From Fervidobacterium sp. (lineage in GTDB: Bacteria > Thermotogota > Thermotogae > Thermotogales > Fervidobacteriaceae), in contig JBMFNR010000002.1 in NCBI GenBank assembly GCA_049970055.1, forward strand, positions 340,406 through 404,405: DNA of 64,000 nucleotides. The letters are read 5' to 3'. Positions within the stretch are counted from its first letter, which is position 1, and the number at the start of each line of letters is the position of its first letter. The notes beneath the pieces were generated by a model. It did not search any database. It saw nothing but the letters and a program-made list of their open reading frames with translations, and was not told where the DNA came from. The translations under genes and the position numbers were made by a program. Positions 9,561 to 17,976 of this stretch are shown here, in pieces.

Positions 9561-9824
9561 ATGGAAGTGCTAAAAGTGTCTTCAAAATCAAATCCAAACA
9601 AAGTTGCGGGTGCTCTTGCGGGAGTTATTAGGGAAAAAGGGAGGGCAGAAATTCAGGCAATCGGTGCAGGTGCAGTTAACCAAGCGGTTAAGGCAATAGC
9701 GATTGCACGTGGTTATCTTGCTCCAAGTGGATTTGATCTTGTTTGTGTTCCTGCTTTTACTGATGTGAACGTTGAGAATGAAACAAGAACAGCTTTGAAG
9801 TTCATAGTCTTCCCAAGAGAGTAA
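9561..9824 (+). CDS. spoVS: SpoVS family protein
   Basis: MEVLKVSSKSNPNKVAGALAG...QAIGAGAVNQAVKA; GGAGGT RBS. Confidence 0.96.
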   Translation: MEVLKVSSKSNPNKVAGALAGVIREKGRAEIQAIGAGAVNQAVKAIAIARGYLAPSGFDLVCVPAFTDVNVENETRTALKFIVFPRE

Positions 9825-9833
9825 AAGTAGAAT

Positions 9834-9871
9834 AAATAAAAATGGTCCCTAAAAAGGGACCATTTTTATTT
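9834..9871. terminator. Bidirectional intrinsic terminator between spoVS and the ArsR gene
   Basis: AAATAAAAATGGTCCCT-AAAA-AGGGACCATTTTTATTT perfect inverted repeat. Confidence 0.9.
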
Positions 9872-10207
9872 TGATTTTAATATTGTTTCGTCGATGAGTT
9901 CGAGTATCTTTTCTGTGATTTTGTTTCTAACAAGCGAATAGTAAATACTGTTACCTTTTCTTCTGTCTACTAAGAATCCAGCTAATTTTAACAACCCAAG
10001 ATGCTGTGACAAATTCGGCTGACTAATTCCTATAAATGGCAACATCTCACAGACGCACATCTCACCAGATTTCAAAAGATACAGTATTTTCAGTCTTATT
10101 GGATGTGCTAAAATCTTTAGACTTTCACCGAGAGCTTGAAAGTCAGTTGTGTTTATTTCATTAATTGTATTTATTGTGTTCATCGTGTTCAAAGATTTGT
10201 TGTCCAT
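9866..10207 (-). CDS. ArsR/SmtB family transcriptional regulator
   Basis: LAHPIRLKIL, EMCVCEM, SQPNLSQHL, RRKGNSIYY; start likely ATG 10207. Confidence 0.93.
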   Translation of the reverse strand: MDNKSLNTMNTINTINEINTTDFQALGESLKILAHPIRLKILYLLKSGEMCVCEMLPFIGISQPNLSQHLGLLKLAGFLVDRRKGNSIYYSLVRNKITEKILELIDETILKSK

Positions 10208-10246
10208 AATTTTCACTTCTTTTCCTTCAACTTGCTTTATACCAGT

Positions 10247-10292
10247 GAATTTTATTACAATATTCTCTAGAATTTTATTACAATATTCTCTA
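10247..10292. repeat. Exact 23-bp tandem duplication overlapping the ArsR-gene promoter
   Basis: GAATTTTATTACAATATTCTCTA x2; minus-strand TTGACT-17-TAAAAT at 10300-10272. Confidence 0.9.
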
Positions 10293-10405
10293 ATAGTCAA
10301 GAAAATTTTTAAGTAAGGAAAAAATAAAACAAGTAAAGGAGACCTATTCGGGCCACAAAGGGTAAAATGTTTCGAATTCAGATTTTCATTTCGAATGTGT
10401 CGATA

Positions 10406-10648
10406 TCATGCATTTTGAAGTAGTTGTTTTGCTTCATCAAGAGTTGGTATTTTTCCGGAAAGTATTACTTTTCCATTTATTGCAACCGCAGGTGTTGCTA
10501 CAATACCTCTTTTTATAATCTCTTCAATATCCTGAACTTTTTCAACATCAATTTCCAACCCAAGTTCTTTGATTGCCATTTCTAAAATCTTTATCGTTTG
10601 CTTACACTTTGGGCAACCGCTCCCGAGAACTTCAACTTTTTTCACCAT
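10406..10648 (-). CDS. Small redox-active disulfide (thioredoxin-like, MTH895-type) protein
   Basis: VLGSGCPKC, GIVATPAVAING. Confidence 0.92.
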   Translation of the reverse strand: MVKKVEVLGSGCPKCKQTIKILEMAIKELGLEIDVEKVQDIEEIIKRGIVATPAVAINGKVILSGKIPTLDEAKQLLQNA

Positions 10649-10682
10649 ATTTTCACACCTCCAGTTTTACAAGTTTTTCGCT

Positions 10683-11768
10683 TCATATCAATCCATATAT
10701 AAATCCGAACAGTGTTGAGAATAATACAACCAAACCGAAGTAGGTAAAAGCCTTCTTTTTGCCGAGAAGCCTTGTTATAACAATCATGCTAGGTAAGCTC
10801 AATGAGTTTCCTGCCATTAATAATGCAAGTGTTGGACCTTTGGCCATACCAAGCTGAGTGAGTGCTTGAACAATTGGAATTTCTGTAAGTGTTGCGAAAT
10901 ACATAATAGCACCTATGATCGATGCAATTAATGTAGAAAGAATGTTGTTATGACCTAAAAGTGCTGTTATTATTTGTTCGGGGAGGAGTTTTGTGATAAT
11001 ACCCGCCAAAAAGACACCGACAAATAAGTAAGGAAGAATCTTTTTTGCGAAATCCCATGTCTCTTCGAGCCAAGCTTTGGTTTCGTTTTTTTCAAATGCT
11101 GTTAAAGCCATGACGAATGTGCCACCGGCAAGTATTACCATCGCTGAATTTTTTGCGACAGGGTTGATTTTTAAGCCACTTACTATGAGAAAAGCAAGTT
11201 GGAGTAGGAAAAATACTACGCTTTTTAAGTTATCATTAGAAGCTTCATCTATAACAAATCCACCACTACCTTTTTCTTGGTACAGTATCTCCATAACCAA
11301 ACCAATCAAAATAGCTGCAACAAGTGTGGAGATCATTCTTGCAATTCCAAGATCCCAACCGAGCACACGTGCAGTTAAGAAGATAGCAGCTATATTAATC
11401 GCTGGACCAGCGAATAGAAACGTTGTTGCAGGACCTATACCCGCACCTTTTTTGTATATCCCACCAAACAAAGGGAGAATAGTACATGAACATACCGCAA
11501 GAACTGCACCACTTATTGCAGCAATAGGATAGGATACTAATCTTCTCGCATCAGGACCAAGTAGCTTCAAGACAGCATCCTTTTTTATCAGTATAGAAAT
11601 TGTTCCAGCGATGAAAAATGCTGGAACTAAACATAGCAGCACATGTTGACGAGCATAATCATTGAGCATCCTGAAACCATTTAAAATTGCATTACTGACA
11701 GATGGATTGTCAAAAGGGACGAAATAAAAGACAAGGAAAATAATTATTACGATCACAAACTCCTTCAT
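10683..11768 (-). CDS. ArsP/DUF318-family permease
   Basis: LAVCSCTILP, FLFAGPAIN, MYFATLTEIP motifs. Confidence 0.9.
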   Translation of the reverse strand: MKEFVIVIIIFLVFYFVPFDNPSVSNAILNGFRMLNDYARQHVLLCLVPAFFIAGTISILIKKDAVLKLLGPDARRLVSYPIAAISGAVLAVCSCTILPLFGGIYKKGAGIGPATTFLFAGPAINIAAIFLTARVLGWDLGIARMISTLVAAILIGLVMEILYQEKGSGGFVIDEASNDNLKSVVFFLLQLAFLIVSGLKINPVAKNSAMVILAGGTFVMALTAFEKNETKAWLEETWDFAKKILPYLFVGVFLAGIITKLLPEQIITALLGHNNILSTLIASIIGAIMYFATLTEIPIVQALTQLGMAKGPTLALLMAGNSLSLPSMIVITRLLGKKKAFTYFGLVVLFSTLFGFIYGLI

Positions 11769-11811
11769 TTTCTCATCCTCCTTCTCGTTGTATTAACTAC
11801 CATGCATTTTA

Positions 11812-11840
11812 AGTATATAATAATTTTCGAATATAGTCAA
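11812..11840 (-). promoter_or_regulatory. Promoter of the permease-thioredoxin operon
   Basis: Minus strand TTGACT-ATATTCGAAAATTATTA-TATACT (17-bp spacer). Confidence 0.7.
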
Positions 11841-12025
11841 GATGGAAAATATTAAAATGTCTGATTTTTTCAAAAATTCCAAATGAAATAGTTAAAAAAC
11901 AAGGCAAAAAAGTCTCGTTTCCAAGGTTTATCAAGTTTTTTAAGATTTCTTCGTGGCGGCGTAGTTTTACGGAAAGAATAGTTTACGCAATTTTGGAATG
12001 TTTTTTATGAGGTTTTTAGAATGTG

Positions 12026-13204
12026 TTACCTAAAATGTTTTACAACCTTTTTGGCAAGTTCTTCTTGCTTTGTCCAGTAACCATCGAGTATACCTTGCGA
12101 GGCAAGTTTGCCGAGGAATTTGTAATGGTAATCCTTTAGTGTACCAGGACCCACATTCCATAAGGGTGTACCTGGAAGAGGCATAAAGGTGTGTGCGTGG
12201 ATCTTCGCTTTGTATCTCTTAACAATTTTTTCTATGAAGTTGAATGTTTCCTCCACATCTTCCAATGTTTCAAACGGAAAGCCAAAGATGAAGTCAACTT
12301 TTGCGTAAAAGTCATTTTGCGCTAATATCTCAAGAGCCTCTTCGACTTTTTCAACTGTGTGTCCACGCTGGATTTTTTCGAGTATTCTATTACTGCCACT
12401 TTGAGCACCGATAACCACGTAATTGTGGTTTACATATTTCTTGATTACTTTTAAAACTTCATCAGTTACGCTTTCAGGTCTGACATCTGATGGGAATGTT
12501 CCAAAGTATATTTCTGTTACACCTGTACTTTTCACTCTGTACAGCAGTTCATCAATAGCTTTAAGGTTTGGTGTGACACCATTTTTACTTCCATACCCGA
12601 AAGCGTTGGGGGTGATAAAGCGTGCCACTGTTTTTCCATATTTTACCGAGATTTTTTCGTATTCAACTACTTGTTCAATACTTCGGTGTCTTACAATTTT
12701 ACCGGCAAGTCTTGGTGTTTGGCAATAAACACAGTTAAATGGACAGCCACGGGATATTTCAATTGGCATGAATAATTTTTTCTTTTCACATATCGCTGGA
12801 TATTCATCAAGATTTACACGGTTCGATATACCATCGAAGATTCTTGATGAAGGTTCTTTACCAAGTAGAAATTTAACTATGTTTTCCTCACCATCACCAA
12901 TGAAGACGTAATCAAAACCTATTCTAAGCGTTTCTTGAGGAAACGCAGTTGCATGAGGTCCTCCAGCAATAAGCGTGTATCCAAAGTTCTTTAGTGTACT
13001 TACTTCTAACTGAACAGTATCTAAATCGAAGCTCATGAAAGAATAAGCGACTACAGTACCCGTTGTAGGGTACTGTAGGATATCATTTATATTTTTGCTT
13101 TCTATTACTTCCATATCAAGTTGAGATAATATGGCACCAACTAAGGCGGTAATACTATAGCGGTTATGTTTGTTAGTCCGAAATATAATTCTTTGAAATT
13201 TCAT
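12026..13204 (-). CDS. B12-binding domain radical SAM protein (TIGR04013-like)
   Basis: AGGPHAT, GDGEE, EISRGCPFNCVYCQTP (CxxxCxxC). Confidence 0.9.
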   Translation of the reverse strand: MKFQRIIFRTNKHNRYSITALVGAILSQLDMEVIESKNINDILQYPTTGTVVAYSFMSFDLDTVQLEVSTLKNFGYTLIAGGPHATAFPQETLRIGFDYVFIGDGEENIVKFLLGKEPSSRIFDGISNRVNLDEYPAICEKKKLFMPIEISRGCPFNCVYCQTPRLAGKIVRHRSIEQVVEYEKISVKYGKTVARFITPNAFGYGSKNGVTPNLKAIDELLYRVKSTGVTEIYFGTFPSDVRPESVTDEVLKVIKKYVNHNYVVIGAQSGSNRILEKIQRGHTVEKVEEALEILAQNDFYAKVDFIFGFPFETLEDVEETFNFIEKIVKRYKAKIHAHTFMPLPGTPLWNVGPGTLKDYHYKFLGKLASQGILDGYWTKQEELAKKVVKHFR

Positions 13205-13212
13205 TTAGTTTC

Positions 13213-13458
13213 TTATTCACCCCACAGTGCTTTTTTGATTTCTCTGGCAGGTTCCGATAAAAGTAAGCTGTGTCCGCTATCCATAAAAATAATCGACTGG
13301 CATTCTTTTCCGTATGTGAGGTTAACCATCTTCCCACCAAGTTGGTTACTTGCTCTTATCCTCCTCGAAATAGTTGAGCTTACAGGTACAACTGCCAATA
13401 CTCTGTCTTTAACAATGAAAACACTGTCATTCAATTTTACGACAGGATCTGTTTTCAT
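13213..13458 (-). CDS. RemA/DUF370 family protein
   Basis: DRVLAVVPVSS, VNLTYGK, SIIFMDSGH resemble RemA. Confidence 0.8.
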   Translation of the reverse strand: MKTDPVVKLNDSVFIVKDRVLAVVPVSSTISRRIRASNQLGGKMVNLTYGKECQSIIFMDSGHSLLLSEPAREIKKALWGE

Positions 13459-13484
13459 GTAACCCCCTCCTCTTGTCGCTTCAT

Positions 13485-14549
13485 TTATACGTTAAACCTT
13501 ATTGTGATAATATCACCGTCTTCTACTATGTGTTCTTTACCAACTAACTTCATTAATCCTGCATCTTTGACAGCCTTTTCTGTACCAAATTTTAGTAAAT
13601 CATCGTATTTTATTATCTCCGCTTTTATAAAGCCCCTTGCTAGATCTGTATGTATTGCCGCCGCTGCGTCAACAGCGGTTGCTCCTTTTCTTAATGTCCA
13701 AGCTCTGACTTCGTCTTTTCCGACCGTGAAGAAGGAAATTAATCCAAATTGTCTGTATAGAGCGTTGGATAATCTTTGAATCCCTGTTTCTTCTGTACCT
13801 AGCTCTTTTAAAAATTCTATCTTTTCTTCTTCGCTTAATGTGTTTAATTCCATTTCAAGTTTTCCGCAGAGTTCAACGTAAGCAAATCCATTCTTTTCGC
13901 AGAGTTGAAGGATCTCATCTTTCGTTTCGTATTGTTTTTGTGAAAATTGTTCTTCATCTACGTTAGTTACGACGGCGATAGGTTTTAGTGTTACAAGTGA
14001 GAACCCACCAAGCATCTTTTTTTCCTCTTCGGATAATTCAATTTTTGATAAGAGTTCTTCATTCTCAAGCGCTTCTTGGATTCTCTTGAGCAATTTCAGT
14101 TCTATTTCTTCTTTTGGTTCTAATTTTCTCTTCGCGTTTTCTAACCTTTCTATACGTCCCGTAACGACATCAAGGTCTCTAAACAAAAATTCGTCAAGAG
14201 TTGCTTTTAGTTGTTCGATGGATTTTTCTACCTCAGGATATGGTACGGAATCGTTTCTGAAAGCTCTAACCACTATTAACATTGCTTCAACGTTTTGCAA
14301 TAGATTAAATACTGCAGTTCTTTCTTTTTTATCGTTTATTTTTAACGCCGGTGTATCGAAGAATTCAAGAGTTGCATACGTTATTTTTTTGGGTTCGTAC
14401 ATCTTTGAGAGTATGTCAACTCTTTTGTCATGTACTTTTGCATTTCCCCTTTGGTGCTCCTGCGAGAATAAATCTACCTCGATACCGGTTAGAAGAGAAA
14501 ATATTGTTGTTTTGCCGACCTGAGATAAACCTACAATACCAACTTTCAT
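13485..14549 (-). CDS. ychF: YchF/OLA1 family ATPase
   Basis: GIVGL..VGKTT, FFTVGKDEVRAWT, IHTDLARGFIKAE, VEDGDII TGS domain. Confidence 0.92.
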   Translation of the reverse strand: MKVGIVGLSQVGKTTIFSLLTGIEVDLFSQEHQRGNAKVHDKRVDILSKMYEPKKITYATLEFFDTPALKINDKKERTAVFNLLQNVEAMLIVVRAFRNDSVPYPEVEKSIEQLKATLDEFLFRDLDVVTGRIERLENAKRKLEPKEEIELKLLKRIQEALENEELLSKIELSEEEKKMLGGFSLVTLKPIAVVTNVDEEQFSQKQYETKDEILQLCEKNGFAYVELCGKLEMELNTLSEEEKIEFLKELGTEETGIQRLSNALYRQFGLISFFTVGKDEVRAWTLRKGATAVDAAAAIHTDLARGFIKAEIIKYDDLLKFGTEKAVKDAGLMKLVGKEHIVEDGDIITIRFNV

Positions 14550-15502
14550 TGTAATTCCTCCTCTAGTTTGAAGACCTTTTTAAGAGTAGCTATTCGTTCG
14601 TTTCTTTGGTGTTCTTTTAAAGTTTTGATAAAGCTTGAGTTTCTCTCGGCCACCGCAATGGCTACCAATTTGTTTTCGTAGATAACCTGAACTAGGGAAC
14701 TTTTCATAAACTCTTCATAAAAAATAACGTCTTCTACCTTCGGGTGAATGCCGTTGTAAATTTTCATTATGTCGGAAACAACTATCCTCGGAAAGTCAAG
14801 TATCTCTTCCATAGGTTTTATGCATTCAATTATTCTACTTGGATCTTCATCAAGTGCAATTGCGTCATCTATTGTAAATTTTCCAACCCTTGTTCTTCTC
14901 AATTCTACCGCTGTGGCTCCGCATCCGAGTTTGTAACCGATATCCATACACAGACTTCTTATATATGTACCCGCTGAGACTTTTGTTGTAAATTCAACGT
15001 AAGGTAATTCTATATTTATGTTCGTAATTTCGTATATGGTAACTTCTCTTGGAGGTAAATTTATTATTTTTCCTTCACGTGCAAATTCGTACAGTTTTCT
15101 TCCTTGATATTTTTTGGCAGAGTAGGCAGGTGGAACTTGTTTGTATGTACCTACAAACGAATTGATAGCGTCTATTATTTCTTTTTCAGAAATGTCAATT
15201 TGGTTTTCTTCCATTATGTTTCCTGTTATGTCAAATGTATCTGTTATAATTCCAAGCTTCATTTTTACCTTATAAATTTTTGTTTCACCTTGCAGGTATT
15301 CGAGTAGTCTCGTTGCCTTACCTACTCCAATCAATAGCAAACCTGAGGCAAAAGGATCAAGTGTACCAGCATGACCAACTTGTTGTATTTTTAGTATTCT
15401 CCTGACTTTGTTGACCATATCATGTGAGGTAGGTCCTTTTTCTTTATCAACAAGGATTAATCCGGAGATGTTTTTTGCCATAGACATTTCACTAATCACC
15501 AT
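14546..15502 (-). CDS. truB: tRNA pseudouridine(55) synthase
   Basis: VGHAGTLDPFASG, QVPPAYSA, GTYIRSL. Confidence 0.97.
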   Translation of the reverse strand: MVISEMSMAKNISGLILVDKEKGPTSHDMVNKVRRILKIQQVGHAGTLDPFASGLLLIGVGKATRLLEYLQGETKIYKVKMKLGIITDTFDITGNIMEENQIDISEKEIIDAINSFVGTYKQVPPAYSAKKYQGRKLYEFAREGKIINLPPREVTIYEITNINIELPYVEFTTKVSAGTYIRSLCMDIGYKLGCGATAVELRRTRVGKFTIDDAIALDEDPSRIIECIKPMEEILDFPRIVVSDIMKIYNGIHPKVEDVIFYEEFMKSSLVQVIYENKLVAIAVAERNSSFIKTLKEHQRNERIATLKKVFKLEEELQ

Positions 15503-15505
15503 CTG

Positions 15506-16492
15506 TCACCAGTTTTCTAAAAATCTTACATCATTTCTTACCAGATCTCTAATATCTTTGATTCCATACTTGACCATTGCTATTCTTTCAATACCAAACC
15601 CAAATGCAAGGCCACGCCACTCTTCTGGATCATATCCTACGTTCTTAAATACGTTTGGATGTACCATTCCAGAACCAAGTACTTCAAACCATCTGTTGTT
15701 AAAATAGATGTCTACTTCAAAACTCGGTTCGGTGAATGGAAAGAAACTTGGCCTTAATCTTATCTTTGCGTTTTCACCGAGTAATCTCTTTGCGAATTCT
15801 TCCAAGAAATATTTAAGATGTTTGACGGTCACATCGTGATCGACGTACAGTCCCTCCATTTGTGTGAACATTGGAAGGTGGGTTGCATCGTAATCTCTTC
15901 TGTAAACCCTACCTGGTGAAATTATAGCAAGAGGTGGTTTTCTTGAAAGCATCGTTCTAATCTGTATAGGTGATGTATGTGTTCTTAGAAGATATTCATT
16001 GTTAATATAAAAAGAATCATGTTCATCTCTTGCAGGATGCCATTCGGGTGTATTCAACGCGTCGAAATTAAACCATGGTGTTTCAATTTCTGGACCTTCG
16101 ACGACGGAAAAGCCCATAGAAATAAATATATCCTCAAGTTCTTGTCGAACCTTTGTTAAGATGTGAAGGTGACCTACTGACCTTCGTGCACCTGGCATTG
16201 TTGGATCAACCCAGAGTTTTCTGTATTGTTCTTGTCTTTCTGACTGCTCAATTACCTCTTTTTGAGATTGCAAAAGGTTTTCTATCTGCTCTTTTAGTTC
16301 ATTTATTACTTTTCCAAATGTTGGTTTTTCTTCTGCTGGAAGGTCTTTTAGTAATTTCATAAGTCCTGTTACAAGTCCAGACTTGCCAAGATATTTGACT
16401 CTTAGATCGTTCAATTCCTTACTGTTCTTTACGGTGATAATTTCATCTTTTGCCTGCTGTAATATATCTTCAACTTGTCTTCGATAGTCCAT
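15506..16492 (-). CDS. pheS: Phenylalanine-tRNA ligase alpha subunit
   Basis: [40 protein letters not shown]; start ATG 16492. Confidence 0.98.
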   Translation of the reverse strand: MDYRRQVEDILQQAKDEIITVKNSKELNDLRVKYLGKSGLVTGLMKLLKDLPAEEKPTFGKVINELKEQIENLLQSQKEVIEQSERQEQYRKLWVDPTMPGARRSVGHLHILTKVRQELEDIFISMGFSVVEGPEIETPWFNFDALNTPEWHPARDEHDSFYINNEYLLRTHTSPIQIRTMLSRKPPLAIISPGRVYRRDYDATHLPMFTQMEGLYVDHDVTVKHLKYFLEEFAKRLLGENAKIRLRPSFFPFTEPSFEVDIYFNNRWFEVLGSGMVHPNVFKNVGYDPEEWRGLAFGFGIERIAMVKYGIKDIRDLVRNDVRFLENW

Positions 16493-16506
16493 GTAATGCT
16501 CCCCCT

Positions 16507-17343
16507 TTATTGCCGATTTATTTTTCCGATACCAAGAACAACAGTACTTCCTAATGCGATCCAAAGAAGCATCGTTGAACTACTTCCTGAACTATGAAAA
16601 GAAGGTGTAATTGGGTAAAGCGAGCCTGAAACAAGACCAAGTATGAAGTTAAGTATGGACTGCTCTGCATTCTCAAACAAAATCTTTAGTGCTTTCGAAA
16701 TAACTCCTATGCCGAATAGTACACCAAAACCAAGAATAAGTAAGAACAAGAAATCATTCAATGTAAACCCAGCTGATGTTATTTGTGTTAGTTTCGATAC
16801 AGTGAGGATAGCCTGCTCGTAAAAACCTAAAAGCATAAGCATTAAAGAACCACTTATACCTGGAAGAATCATCGAGCTTCCTGCAATCACTCCTGATATA
16901 AATAAGTAAAAATAATTTACATTACTTGATGAGGCTTTTTGTACGTTTTGTAAGCCGTTGCTCAAAATGTATGGAACTATAACAACAGCTGTTCCGATTA
17001 AAAATTCAACAATTTTGAAGGTTTTTATGTCTTTTTTTAGATCCAAGAGTGAAAAAAGTATCAATCCGTAGAAGAAACTGTAAGTATAAAATGAATAATT
17101 AACAAATGCCCAGGATAGTATCTTACTACCTGTTAAAATACCAAGAAGTAACCCTATAACCAATGTGAACATGAAATAGAAATCTTTCCTTGTCAATTTG
17201 AAACTCATAATTGAATTGATTAAGTTTATCAGTTGCTCGAATATTCCTGTTACAACCGCTATAGTTCCACCACTCACTCCTGGTATGACGTTTGCCCAGC
17301 CCATTAGTAAGCCAGCTACCGCAGGTTTAATTAATCTATACAT
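16507..17343 (-). CDS. DUF368 family membrane protein (putative undecaprenyl-phosphate translocase)
   Basis: [11 protein letters not shown] and MILPGISGS repeats. Confidence 0.9.
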   Translation of the reverse strand: MYRLIKPAVAGLLMGWANVIPGVSGGTIAVVTGIFEQLINLINSIMSFKLTRKDFYFMFTLVIGLLLGILTGSKILSWAFVNYSFYTYSFFYGLILFSLLDLKKDIKTFKIVEFLIGTAVVIVPYILSNGLQNVQKASSSNVNYFYLFISGVIAGSSMILPGISGSLMLMLLGFYEQAILTVSKLTQITSAGFTLNDFLFLLILGFGVLFGIGVISKALKILFENAEQSILNFILGLVSGSLYPITPSFHSSGSSSTMLLWIALGSTVVLGIGKINRQ

Positions 17344-17962
17344 TTTTGCACCTCACCTCAACTTTTTTGGAGAGTACAATATTGTAGGCGGTTAATTTTC
17401 CGCCGTAAACGCATCCTGTGTCTATACCTATTTTATCTTCTGATATATGGATATCTTCAAATGGTGTATGTCCAAAAACAACTATGTATCCCGTGTTGTG
17501 CTTTTTACTTATGAATTCTTCTCTAATCCATATCAAATCCCTAACATCTTGTTTTTCAATAGGAATGTTTGGCCTAATACCACCGTGTACGAAAAGATAA
17601 TTACCCTCAATATGATAGTATTTGGTGTTTTTAAAAAACTCAATGTGCAGATCATTTAATAATAATTGTTGTAGTGAACCGTAACTTCTCCAAGTGGCAT
17701 GTGCGCCGTTAATGGTCCACATGTACAAGTCACCACCATCAAGTACGTCAAGAAGCATCTGCTCATGATTACCACGCAAAAAAACGCAGTTGGTGATCTT
17801 GGAAAGGCCAATTAGAAAATCAACCACCCCCTTAGAATCTGGACCTCTGTCGATGTAATCACCTAGGAAAATGAGCGTATCATTTTGCGTTGGTGAAATT
17901 TCGCTTATCAATTTTTCCAAAGGTCGCAAACAACCATGGAGATCACTAATTGCCCATATCAT
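17336..17962 (-). CDS. Metallophosphoesterase (PPP/ApaH-like)
   Basis: DLHG, GDYIDRG, RGNHE, FGHT, IDTG. Confidence 0.93.
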   Translation of the reverse strand: MIWAISDLHGCLRPLEKLISEISPTQNDTLIFLGDYIDRGPDSKGVVDFLIGLSKITNCVFLRGNHEQMLLDVLDGGDLYMWTINGAHATWRSYGSLQQLLLNDLHIEFFKNTKYYHIEGNYLFVHGGIRPNIPIEKQDVRDLIWIREEFISKKHNTGYIVVFGHTPFEDIHISEDKIGIDTGCVYGGKLTAYNIVLSKKVEVRCKNV

Positions 17963-17976
17963 CTTATCACCAACTG

